This document shows positions 38,268 to 47,036 of a DNA stretch of 64,000 bases, in pieces. Below the pieces are notes generated by a model that worked only from the letters and a program-made list of their open reading frames with translations, did not search any database and was not told the DNA's origin. Numbering within the stretch: the stretch's first letter is position 1; each line of letters starts with the position of its first letter. The DNA comes from Candidatus Saccharimonadales bacterium (GTDB lineage Bacteria; Patescibacteriota; Saccharimonadia; Saccharimonadales; OMJO01): contig DATIID010000001.1 in the NCBI GenBank assembly GCA_035480035.1, positions 137,323 through 201,322 of the forward strand. The letters run 5' to 3'. The translations under genes and the position numbers were made by a program.

Positions 38268-39224
38268 ATGAAATTGGTTGTTCAAATTCCGTGTCTTAAT
38301 GAACAAGACACTCTGCCGCTAGTTATTAACTCCATTCCCAAGAAAATTGTTGGAATTGATAAAATTGAGATCTTAGTCATAGATGATGGTTCGACCGATA
38401 AAACGATCGCGGTTGCTAAAAAATTAGGTGTTAAACACTTCGTTCATCATACCCGCAACATGGGATTAGCCAAATCGTTTTCAGACGGTGTTATGAAAGC
38501 TTTAGAAATGGGTGCTGATATTGTGGTTAATACCGATGGCGATAACCAGTACCCTCAAGCTGACATACCTAAACTCGTTAAACCAATTATTGATGGCCGG
38601 GCTGACATTGTAGTTGCTAACCGACAAGTCAATCAAATTCGTGAGTTTTCGTGGGCCAAGAAGGGCTTGCAACTGCTTGGTAGTAAGGTAGTTAACTTAG
38701 CTGCTGGAACTGATATACCTGATGCCGCCAGTGGTTTCCGAGCTTATTCACGCGAATCAGTAATAGCCCTAAATATCATTACCCGATTCAGTTATTGCAT
38801 GGAAACGATTATACAGGCCGGTAATAAACGATTAGCAATTACCAGTATACCGATTAAAACCAATGCCAAAACCCGGCCATCACGATTATTTAAGTCGACT
38901 CCCGAACATGTTTTTAAATCAACGGTCGCCATTTTGCGCTCCCTAACCATGTATAAACCATATTTACTGTTTATTACACTAGGTACGCTCTTTTTGGCTT
39001 TAGGCTCAGTACCGTTTTTACGTTACCTGTGGTTTTATTTTCACCATGACTCTGACGGACACATTCAATCGTTAGTCATTGGCGGCTTGTTACTAACTTG
39101 TTCGTTACTATCTTATGTTTTAGGGGTAATTGCTGACCTAGTTAGGATTAATCGAATCCTAATTGAAGACCAATTGACAGTCTCGAAACGCGAACACCTA
39201 AAATCATTTAGGGCCAATAATTAA
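38268..39224 (+). CDS. glycosyltransferase family 2 (polyprenol-phosphate sugar transferase-like)
   Basis: VVQIPCLNE...VIDDGSTDKT...NTDGDNQY, with C-terminal TMs like Dpm1/GtrB-type enzymes. Confidence 0.8.
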   Translation: MKLVVQIPCLNEQDTLPLVINSIPKKIVGIDKIEILVIDDGSTDKTIAVAKKLGVKHFVHHTRNMGLAKSFSDGVMKALEMGADIVVNTDGDNQYPQADIPKLVKPIIDGRADIVVANRQVNQIREFSWAKKGLQLLGSKVVNLAAGTDIPDAASGFRAYSRESVIALNIITRFSYCMETIIQAGNKRLAITSIPIKTNAKTRPSRLFKSTPEHVFKSTVAILRSLTMYKPYLLFITLGTLFLALGSVPFLRYLWFYFHHDSDGHIQSLVIGGLLLTCSLLSYVLGVIADLVRINRILIEDQLTVSKREHLKSFRANN

Positions 39225-40715
39225 TCGCTGTAGTACTGAACGGGCATCACTATTAAGTCGATTAACCGTTGTATTAGGCCAATACCACGATGAATCACTT
39301 CTTAAAATATAGACACCAATTCCGCCGCCCTGAGTAATTAAAATTAGCCCAGCCAAAATCACACTTGCTAGCTTAAGTTTAGTAGCACCACTAAACAGTT
39401 TGTTAATACCTAGACCAAATAATAGATACAAAATTGGCAGTACCGGTATAAGGTAACGGCCTTGGATAGCCACAGCTAGTCCCAAATGCACAAAATCGAC
39501 ATAGTTTTGGAGCCATAGCGTTGTTATGTATATGATGGCAACGACAATTAGTAGATTAAGATGATACTTTTTTCGTAAACTACTTTGCCACCAAATAAAG
39601 CACAGGCTGCCAATACCAATAGTTATAACTGACAAATATCGGACAAGACGATAAGGTTGTCCGGTCTTGAAGTTGGAACTAGAGCCATTTAAGGTGTAGA
39701 ACAAATCATTGCTAATTTGTTTTAGCCACGTACGAATAGTGTAATTAATCGGATTAGTCGAAACCGTTGGTAGTTTGTGGTTTAGTTTATCTTGATGAGT
39801 TTGATAATTGCGAAGCCAAGAACCATTATCCCTACACTTCTCAACACTTAACACTTGATCGCATTCCGGTGTGGGAGTGTGATAGCGGATAGTGTTAAGA
39901 CCATAACGCTCAAAAAATAGACCGCTCAACACAACGATGATCAACACCAGTAAAGTTTGTTGAAGATGACTTATAACATGCCAACTTAAGACAAAAGACT
40001 TAAACCGACTAGTCTTCGGCTTACTAAACCAAGTTTTCCAGATCTGGTAGACGAGCACGACAGCCACACCTAAACCAATCGGCAAGAAGGCGTATTTAAC
40101 CAGTGAACCAAATAACAGGGCAATTATTAATTGACAAAACTTTTTCAGATCTAGAGTTTTGTGAGTGGCTAGCGTTTGACCGATTTGCTGGCTGAGTAGC
40201 AAAGTTATCGCCACCATTAAAAATAGCAAGTTATCATAGTTGATCTGAGCCGCCAGAAACGGCACCACAGGTGTTAATACAAAGATAGCCAATACCACGT
40301 GCACTAACGCCCTAGGGGCTTTGGTATTTAACAATACCTTACGGTAGATAATTAAACCTAGACCAAATAGAATCACACTAATTAAACGTAGTGAAATCAC
40401 TTGAATGGTTTCGGACTGAGTAAATAGAACGATTATTCGATAATAAAAACTCAGCAAATAATGATACATATACGATGGGTCACGACTAACTGCCCCAAAA
40501 ACCGCACTGCCATCTGGCTGACGGGACCAAAATGGCGATAGATGATGTGCGTATAGGCGGATAATACTCAAATGGTTATTCTCATCAAATGCCATCGAGA
40601 ATAAGCCGGATAACGCAATCCAAGCCGCTTGAATGACGAATAAAACAAGGGTTGCGTAAAAGAATTTAACTGACCTTAATACATCTAAAGTTTTTGCTAA
40701 CCCGCGCGACTTCAA
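39204..40715 (-). CDS. large polytopic membrane protein, GT-C-like (ArnT/PMT/DUF2142-like), paralog A
   Basis: At least 12 hydrophobic segments. MAFDENNH in the first loop, then RDPSYMYHYL and FVLTPVVPFLAAQINYDNL. Clear paralog of 44405..45901. TTG start with a GAGG SD. Confidence 0.45.
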   Translation of the reverse strand: MKSRGLAKTLDVLRSVKFFYATLVLFVIQAAWIALSGLFSMAFDENNHLSIIRLYAHHLSPFWSRQPDGSAVFGAVSRDPSYMYHYLLSFYYRIIVLFTQSETIQVISLRLISVILFGLGLIIYRKVLLNTKAPRALVHVVLAIFVLTPVVPFLAAQINYDNLLFLMVAITLLLSQQIGQTLATHKTLDLKKFCQLIIALLFGSLVKYAFLPIGLGVAVVLVYQIWKTWFSKPKTSRFKSFVLSWHVISHLQQTLLVLIIVVLSGLFFERYGLNTIRYHTPTPECDQVLSVEKCRDNGSWLRNYQTHQDKLNHKLPTVSTNPINYTIRTWLKQISNDLFYTLNGSSSNFKTGQPYRLVRYLSVITIGIGSLCFIWWQSSLRKKYHLNLLIVVAIIYITTLWLQNYVDFVHLGLAVAIQGRYLIPVLPILYLLFGLGINKLFSGATKLKLASVILAGLILITQGGGIGVYILRSDSSWYWPNTTVNRLNSDARSVLQRLIIGPK

Positions 40716-40825
40716 GCCGATTCCTCTCTATTTGTTCACTTATCTACCATACTAACTTATTACCATCATGAAGGCCAAATCCAAGATTTAGCTTAATTTA
40801 GCTGATTTAATTGTAAGATAGGTAG

Positions 40826-41698
40826 GTGAAATCAATTAAACGATGGCTAAGTATCGCCACTTTACTTTTAGTAGCCGTGGCTTTTACTTATTATTGGCGA
40901 GCTCACCCTGAACTAAACCAGAACTTGAGTCGTCTATCAACTCTTACTTTTACTAAGGTGATATTACTCTACGGATTAATGTTGGTAGTGCTAGTTGGGA
41001 TTTATGACACAATTCTTAAGTTATGTCGTAAATCGATACCCCTACAAGAACATACCCAGTTAACTATTTATTCGTCGATTGCTAATTTTTTTGGTCCATT
41101 GCAAAGCGGTCCAGGCGTTAGGTCAATTTATCTAAAACAAAAACACCAAGTTAAATTTAAGGATTACGCGACAGCCACGGTGATTTACTATTTAATGTTT
41201 GCAGGTATTAGTGGTTTAGCCTTAATCAGTGGACTGCGTCCAATTTGGCTAGCTCTAATCATAGTCGTAGTGGTGGCTTTAATCGTTTTGGTTTTATATC
41301 TAAGTATTGGTCGTTACCGTCCCCAGTTAATTAAAGACGATTATTCACTAAGTCTTTTAAGTCGTTTAGCGCTAATTACATTTGCCCAAGTTTTATTAGT
41401 TAGTTTGATATATTTTATTGAGCTTAAAAGCATTAACTCTCACATTAATTTTTCACAAGCAATAGTTTATACGGGTGCCGCTAATTTTTCGTTATTTGTT
41501 TCGTTGACGCCAGGTGCACTCGGTTTTCGAGAATCATTTTTATTATTCTCGCAGCACTTGCACCACATCAACGCCAGCACCATCATTATTGCCAATGTAA
41601 TTGATCGCGCCGCTTACATAACCTTTCTAGCTGGGTTGTTTATAGTCGCTATGGCGCTGCATGCCAAAAGTAAAATTTCAGCTAAGGCAGTTGCTTGA
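40826..41698 (+). CDS. flippase-like / LPG-synthase-TM-family membrane protein
   Basis: Eight hydrophobic segments with general UPF0104-like architecture. GTG start 6 nt after TAAGAT (40814-40819). Confidence 0.35.
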   Translation: MKSIKRWLSIATLLLVAVAFTYYWRAHPELNQNLSRLSTLTFTKVILLYGLMLVVLVGIYDTILKLCRKSIPLQEHTQLTIYSSIANFFGPLQSGPGVRSIYLKQKHQVKFKDYATATVIYYLMFAGISGLALISGLRPIWLALIIVVVVALIVLVLYLSIGRYRPQLIKDDYSLSLLSRLALITFAQVLLVSLIYFIELKSINSHINFSQAIVYTGAANFSLFVSLTPGALGFRESFLLFSQHLHHINASTIIIANVIDRAAYITFLAGLFIVAMALHAKSKISAKAVA

Positions 41699-42749
41699 TT
41701 AGTTTGTTTAGTTTATCAGCCAGAATTTTATTAGAAAAATTGACCAGATAAAGTTTTTGACCAGACTTGCCAATTTGGTTTAATTGCTTAGGGTGATCAA
41801 AAGCCCAAATAATTGCCTCGACCAAAGCATGACTATCAGCTAGCGGTACCTTTAAGCAATTATTCTTGTCTTTAAATAAATCTGACGCCAGATTGTTTCC
41901 GACAAGAGTTGGTTTGCTACTGGCCAGAAACTGATAGGTTTTGCCGGTTATGACGTACTTAGCTTGGTTAGTATTGCCAAACGGCCCACCCAAACATAAA
42001 TCAGCCTGTTGGATAATTGGTGGTAACTTATCAAACTTTACCCAAGACTGGTATTTAATATTGGCACCCTGCCCGACTGCCTTATCAATCATCATTTGAG
42101 TCCGTTGGTTACCGCCAATTATCCTAAATTCAATTGGCCGATCTTTTAATGTCTCGGCAGCCGCTAAGACATATTCAAGACCATGCAACGGTAGCATGTT
42201 GCCATAATAAAAAACTGAAAATTTAGTGGTTGTTTTTAATGATTCGTTGCCAAGCCTTAAAAATAAATTCTCATCGGTACTCACCGGCAAAGCAACAAAT
42301 TTTTCTTGGGGTAATGCCAGTAGTTTAGAGCTGTAATCAGCGTGAACGTCAGTGTCCGCTAACACGTATCGACAGCCATTAAGTAACTGTCGGTAGAAGC
42401 GCTTTAGAAGTGATTTTGGGATTAACTTTACCCAAAACTCTGGTCTTGGCTCGGCCAGCCATTCCAATGGATTAACAAACTCGTCATAGATCAAGGGTCT
42501 CGGCCAACTCAGCAGTTTAACAAATGGTAAAATTTCATATCCTCGAAAGGTCAACACATAAATGTCCGGACGTTGTGTTAGGCGTAGCCAAATTAATTTG
42601 ACCATAACCTCCGGATAACGTAACCAGTTAGTCTGACGGTTTTTGATAATTGTTATTTCAATTGACTGATTTAGCGCTAGAGCTCGACGTAGCGTCACTG
42701 CTCGAACATAGTCAGGTTGTTTATAACAGGTAATAATTGCCAAACGCAT
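41682..42749 (-). CDS. glycosyltransferase, GT-B fold (GT1/GT4-like)
   Basis: The C-terminal half has the nucleotide-sugar-binding pattern (GGPFGN...KTYQFLAS.KP). 355 aa. Confidence 0.55.
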   Translation of the reverse strand: MRLAIITCYKQPDYVRAVTLRRALALNQSIEITIIKNRQTNWLRYPEVMVKLIWLRLTQRPDIYVLTFRGYEILPFVKLLSWPRPLIYDEFVNPLEWLAEPRPEFWVKLIPKSLLKRFYRQLLNGCRYVLADTDVHADYSSKLLALPQEKFVALPVSTDENLFLRLGNESLKTTTKFSVFYYGNMLPLHGLEYVLAAAETLKDRPIEFRIIGGNQRTQMMIDKAVGQGANIKYQSWVKFDKLPPIIQQADLCLGGPFGNTNQAKYVITGKTYQFLASSKPTLVGNNLASDLFKDKNNCLKVPLADSHALVEAIIWAFDHPKQLNQIGKSGQKLYLVNFSNKILADKLNKLIKQLP

Positions 42750-42799
42750 TGCTATATTATGTTTGGCGAGTCCTAAATTACCAAGTACTTAAGTGTGGA

Positions 42800-43015
42800 T
42801 TACCTTATCCGCTTAACTGAATCTTGGGCCCGTTTTTCGGCTTCGTCAGCCTGGCGGCCTTGACGATCTAAGCCCGCAGCTTCAGATTCGAGTTGTGCAG
42901 CCGCTCGTTCCATATCGCTAACCGACTGTCGCATTGAATTAGCTTGCACCCGGTGTTGGCGGGCTTGTTGACGAGCTTGTTGAGCAGCGTTTCTAGCATG
43001 ATTTCCAGCAGCCAT
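42800..43015 (-). CDS. small Gln/Arg/Ala-rich coiled-coil protein
   Basis: AAGGAGG SD 4 nt before ATG 43015 (the track start 43033 is less likely). MAAGNHARNAAQQARQQARQHRV...; locally GC-rich. Confidence 0.4.
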   Translation of the reverse strand: MAAGNHARNAAQQARQQARQHRVQANSMRQSVSDMERAAAQLESEAAGLDRQGRQADEAEKRAQDSVKRIR

Positions 43016-43078
43016 AGATCCTCCTTGCAACACATATAATAAATCAAACTGGACTTTAAAGCAGTTAGATAGATTACA

Positions 43079-44299
43079 TCAAAAAGCAGTTAGTCCGAGC
43101 GGTGAGCCCAGACCTGTAGGTCCGTCATAGCCAACTGTGCCTTGGCACAAATACATACCACAACCACCATTCTGCCCGGTAGTTATATCATGGAGATTAA
43201 CGCCATAGTTTTGATTGTTATAAGTATATGTAACTGGTTGATTCAGGTTTTCAAAATTATTGGCTAAGCCATAAATACCAGCAATTAGAGGTGCCGCTAA
43301 ACTGGTGCCGCCAACTTGAAACCAACCGCGGTAGCCACTATAGCCATAAGAGTCGTAAATAGCAGCCCCAGTGTTTGGGTCGGCATCAGCACTGACGTCG
43401 GTGTTAGTGCGATGAGTGCACGGTGTGTCTGTTTGAAAAGTTGGTTTAAGCTCGTAGCGGCTGCAACCACTGCCACCGTCTGACCAAACCGTTTCAGACA
43501 ACCAATGATTTTGAGTATCAATATTTAAAGTAGTACCGCCAACTGAGATAACATTCGGTGAGCTGGCTGGATAACTGTTTACAAAACCGCTGTCACCCGA
43601 ACTAAATATAAAAGCGATGCCTGGATAATTGAAGTGTGAATCAAAGGTGCTTTCACTGCTAAACTCATTCGAACCATAAGAATTAGAGATGATATTAGCA
43701 CCTAATAAACGGGCTCGATCAACGGCTTTCATTAAATTGGTGTAACTTGAGCTTGAGGCTTCAACAAGGATTAGTTTACAATTTTGGCAAATTTGGTGAG
43801 CGGTCTGAACATCTAAAGCTATCTCTAGTGCCCAACCAGAATTGCGTGATGGATAGCTAGTTCCACCATTCTGGTTAACTTTTAGAAAACAACTAGTTGT
43901 AACAGTGCCTTTGCACAACGGAAAACTAGGCAGTCCGAAGGTTTGGTTGTAAAGTGCTAGGTCATTGACGATATTGGGGTTGTCGTAAGCAGCCACGACC
44001 GCAATGGTTGCTGGGTGGGCGCTGGTAGCTGGTAATTGATAGGCTGTATGAAATTGAGTTGGACTGTAGCCAGTCGGCCCGCTGGTAACATCGGGAGTAT
44101 TAGATTGATTACTGACCACTTTGGCAAAACAATGCATGGCGCTGGTAACCGGCTTATTGCAAACGCCTAAACGGCTACCTTTTAATAACTTTGGGTGATA
44201 TTGGTTGGGCGTCGAAGATTTGGCCATAACGCTTGCCCCAACACCGGTCAAACCTAAGACGGTGATGACCGACAAAACAACGGTTTGTATTTTTTTCAT
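43079..44299 (-). CDS. secreted S53 (sedolisin/kumamolisin-like) serine peptidase
   Basis: Signal peptide, FSSGDSGF and GGTSLAAPLIAGI motifs. 406 aa. Confidence 0.65.
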   Translation of the reverse strand: MKKIQTVVLSVITVLGLTGVGASVMAKSSTPNQYHPKLLKGSRLGVCNKPVTSAMHCFAKVVSNQSNTPDVTSGPTGYSPTQFHTAYQLPATSAHPATIAVVAAYDNPNIVNDLALYNQTFGLPSFPLCKGTVTTSCFLKVNQNGGTSYPSRNSGWALEIALDVQTAHQICQNCKLILVEASSSSYTNLMKAVDRARLLGANIISNSYGSNEFSSESTFDSHFNYPGIAFIFSSGDSGFVNSYPASSPNVISVGGTTLNIDTQNHWLSETVWSDGGSGCSRYELKPTFQTDTPCTHRTNTDVSADADPNTGAAIYDSYGYSGYRGWFQVGGTSLAAPLIAGIYGLANNFENLNQPVTYTYNNQNYGVNLHDITTGQNGGCGMYLCQGTVGYDGPTGLGSPLGLTAF

Positions 44300-44337
44300 T
44301 TGACATTATGATAGCGCTTATGTTCCTATAATGTCAA
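44300..44337. repeat. 10-bp inverted repeat TTGACATTAT-N18-ATAATGTCAA spanning the peptidase promoter
   Basis: Read directly (44300-44309 and 44328-44337). Confidence 0.6.
44308..44337 (-). promoter_or_regulatory. sigma70-like promoter, leaderless-type
   Basis: TTGACA (44337-44332), N18, TATCAT (44313-44308), then 8 nt to ATG 44299. Confidence 0.5.
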
Positions 44338-44404
44338 CTTGGTTTGAACCGAATTAATTAAATGCTTATGTCTATAGTAAAATAACAATAGTACTATAAA
44401 AGCG

Positions 44405-45901
44405 GTGGTTAAATTTTATCAACAAACAGTTAAATTTATCGGTTCTAAAAGTTTTTTTGTTGTAATTCTGCTTATTTTTGGATTCAGTGCTGGCTGGTTG
44501 GCTGTATCGTCACGTTATCCAATGGCTTTTGACGAGGACTACCACTTAGGTTTAATACAGTTACACGCCCAGCAAAACAGTCCGATTTTTACTCATCAGC
44601 CAACTGGTGTTGCCCGCTATGGTGCCCTAACACGTGATCCGTCTTATCTTTATCATTATCTGATGAGCTGGCCTTATCGCTGGCTGAACCACACTAACAT
44701 TAGCGTTAGCCACCTTATCGTGACCTTACGATTTATAAATATTGGTTTGTTTATGGCTAGTTTAGTAGTATTTCGAAAATTATTTTCGAGTCTGCGGGCT
44801 TCACCGCAAATTATTAACATTAGTTTTTTGTTTTTTGTGTTAACACCGGTCGTACCACTGTTAGCGGCTCATATTAACTATGACAACCTGCAGATTTTAC
44901 TGTTGGCGATCGTATTGTTATTAATGATTAAATTTAAGCTATCGTTAGCTAAAAAACCAGACGGGTCATCGCTTATTAACGCTCTAACTATCAGTTTGCT
45001 TGGCTGCTTAGTAAAGTTCACGTTTTTACCATTTCTAACTGCGATAGTAATTTATATGGTGATAGAGCTGGTCAGTCATCAACGTCGTAATTTATTGGCC
45101 AAGTTTAAAACCGACTTTAAAGCCAAGCCAGTCCACCGGCAGATAGTCTTGATGAGTGGTTTAGTGTTGGCTACGGCATTATTTATCAACACCTACGGCG
45201 TTAACTTGATCAAGTACCATAATCCAGTTCCACAATGCGGTCAGGTCTTGGGGGTTGAACGCTGTGCGGCTTACCCGCCCTGGAACCGTAACCATCTGGC
45301 CGCTCTAACTAACACTGGTGTCGATCCAAGTCCTTTGCGTTTTTCGGTTGGCTGGATTTGGGGTATGTTTGACCGTTTGTTTTTTACAATTAATGGCCAC
45401 GGTCAAACGGCCGACAACACCAATTATTTGGCACCGATAATGGCAGGCATGGCCATATTAATCATTGTATTTGGTGTCTATTTGTTGATTAAACATGGTC
45501 GGGAAATTCTTGCTAAAGATCCAATTCTAAACCTAATTTTATTCGTCAGTATCGTCTATATCATGTCGCTGTGGGGTCGTAATTATCATGACTACCTTAA
45601 TTTAGGCCGAATGGTAGCAATTAATGGCCGTTACTTAGTGCCAGTGATTCTACCTTTTTATATCCTGCTGGCTCAAGCTTATCAACGCCATCTGGCTGGC
45701 CAGGTTAAAGCCAAAGCCATACTGCTACTAGCGGCTTGTCTAGCTTTTAGCCAAGGCGGCGGTGTAATCAGTTTTATGTATTACAGTAACCCAGATTGGT
45801 ATTGGCCCCATGATCAGTTTGTTAACCAAATTAACAGCGACGCCAAGCGATTAGTTAAACCGCTCTTTGTCGCTGGTAATTGGCCGTATCACCGGCGCTA
45901 A
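44405..45901 (+). CDS. large polytopic membrane protein, GT-C-like, paralog B
   Basis: MAFDEDYH, RDPSYLYHYL and FVLTPVVPLLAAHINYDNL are collinear with 39204..40715. GTG start. Confidence 0.45.
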   Translation: MVKFYQQTVKFIGSKSFFVVILLIFGFSAGWLAVSSRYPMAFDEDYHLGLIQLHAQQNSPIFTHQPTGVARYGALTRDPSYLYHYLMSWPYRWLNHTNISVSHLIVTLRFINIGLFMASLVVFRKLFSSLRASPQIINISFLFFVLTPVVPLLAAHINYDNLQILLLAIVLLLMIKFKLSLAKKPDGSSLINALTISLLGCLVKFTFLPFLTAIVIYMVIELVSHQRRNLLAKFKTDFKAKPVHRQIVLMSGLVLATALFINTYGVNLIKYHNPVPQCGQVLGVERCAAYPPWNRNHLAALTNTGVDPSPLRFSVGWIWGMFDRLFFTINGHGQTADNTNYLAPIMAGMAILIIVFGVYLLIKHGREILAKDPILNLILFVSIVYIMSLWGRNYHDYLNLGRMVAINGRYLVPVILPFYILLAQAYQRHLAGQVKAKAILLLAACLAFSQGGGVISFMYYSNPDWYWPHDQFVNQINSDAKRLVKPLFVAGNWPYHRR

Positions 45902-45944
45902 TGATTAAACTTTACAGAGTTACTCTGCTTAACTAACCATTAAC

Positions 45945-46250
45945 CTAATCGTCGTTGTCCCAACGATTGTGGTCAGAACCCTTGTGATGACAATCTTTAT
46001 GGTGGTGGTGTTGTTGGCTACACTCATTCTTCATCCACCATTTATTACCATCTCGTTCATCATCATTTCGATCCCAACGATTCATCCAAAAGCAACCATG
46101 GTGTTCGTCATTGTCGTGATGGCGACTCATGTTATTGTCGCTGTGCCAATCGTTATGCATACCAGTCGCCCCAACTATACCTGGCGACGCGACTAACAAT
46201 AACGTTAGTGAACTGGCGATAGTTCCGCCCAATCGAATTAATTGTTTCAT
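45945..46250 (-). CDS. secreted His/Asp/Asn/Trp-rich small protein
   Basis: Signal peptide followed by ~70 aa (HNDWHSDNN...HHDNDEHHGCFW...NRWDRNDDE...QQHHHHKDCHH...NRWDNDD). AAGGAGGGGAG SD. Confidence 0.5.
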   Translation of the reverse strand: MKQLIRLGGTIASSLTLLLVASPGIVGATGMHNDWHSDNNMSRHHDNDEHHGCFWMNRWDRNDDERDGNKWWMKNECSQQHHHHKDCHHKGSDHNRWDNDD

Positions 46251-46380
46251 ACTCCCCTCCTTAGTTTATGACCTTATAGCTAAGTTTAGCCTTTATCTTT
46301 ATACCGAATCATCACGCTGAAGTATGTAATATACATCACAACCTAATTCAGGTGGCTTGCAAGTTTTTATCAAGTTAGCC

Positions 46381-46761
46381 TTATTGTCTCAAGTTGCGCC
46401 AGCCACCCGCTTGGTTGTTGGCAACTACCGCTTTGATGAGGTTAACAAAAGCTGAAGAGTTAATCGGTTGATTTTCATAAATTTGAATTGCTCGAGCTGT
46501 GGCATTATCTTGGCCTTGATTAATTAGACCCTCGGGATCCGGTGCGATTGGGTCATAAATAAAAATATTGACGTGATCTTTAGTGGCCAATATGGCACAG
46601 ACATTGCCCCTAAAGGTAAAGTACGGACGATTAGTGAACTTAATAGTTTCGACAATACTCGGCTCAGCTTCGTGAATTAATAGTCTAATTTGCTGACAAA
46701 TTTCTTGCTGCCAGGATGGTAAGGAGTTTATGTAGCTGTCAATTCGTTTATCTTTAGTCAT
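46381..46761 (-). CDS. DUF1801 (YdhG-like) domain protein
   Basis: IDSYINSLPSWQQEICQQIRLLIHEAEP...ETIKF pattern. 126 aa. Confidence 0.55.
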   Translation of the reverse strand: MTKDKRIDSYINSLPSWQQEICQQIRLLIHEAEPSIVETIKFTNRPYFTFRGNVCAILATKDHVNIFIYDPIAPDPEGLINQGQDNATARAIQIYENQPINSSAFVNLIKAVVANNQAGGWRNLRQ

Positions 46762-46785
46762 AAATTGTATGTATCAATATCACTT

Positions 46786-46860
46786 TGGCTGGGGAGGAGG
46801 GATTCGAACCCCCGAATGCCAGTACCAAAAACTGGTGCCTTACCACTTGGCCACTCCCCA
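46786..46860 (-). tRNA. tRNA-Gln (anticodon UUG)
   Basis: Reverse complement TGGGGAG...CCAGT-TT-TTG-GT-ACTGG...GGTTCGAATCC...CTCCCCA-G-CCA, 75 nt. Confidence 0.9.
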
Positions 46861-46961
46861 TCACCGCCCATGAGACAAACCTACGGTTTTTCTCATCGCG
46901 CCGGGCAAATGGAATACATTTGCATCGGGCTGCTCTTTTCCCTTGAAAAGTAACAGTTAAC
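46861..46961 (-). ncRNA. candidate structured 5' leader / small RNA co-transcribed with tRNA-Gln
   Basis: Three tight hairpins (46870-46896, 46905-46923, 46935-46950). A possible minus-strand promoter reads TTGAGT (46996-46991), N17, TAAAAT (46973-46968). No known RNA family recognised. Confidence 0.2.
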
Positions 46962-47002
46962 AGGTTGATTTTAACCTAACAGTGGTATTTACTCAAGCAG
47001 TA

Positions 47003-47030
47003 TTAACTTGTTTGAGGTATTTGCTAAACT
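47003..47030 (+). promoter_or_regulatory. extended -10 promoter, leaderless-type
   Basis: TTAACT (47003-47008), N16, TGcTAAACT (-10 at 47025-47030), then 6 nt to ATG 47037. Confidence 0.4.
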
Positions 47031-47036
47031 GATGTT

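Noticed and set aside
46251-46380. Small palindrome ATGTA-ATA-TACAT and possible promoter upstream of the His-rich gene
   Set aside because: The stem is only 5 bp and I could not assemble a -35/-10 pair with acceptable spacing.
46765-46953. 62-aa plus-strand ORF
   Set aside because: It runs antisense through tRNA-Gln and the hairpin region. It has no RBS and is explained by the RNA features.
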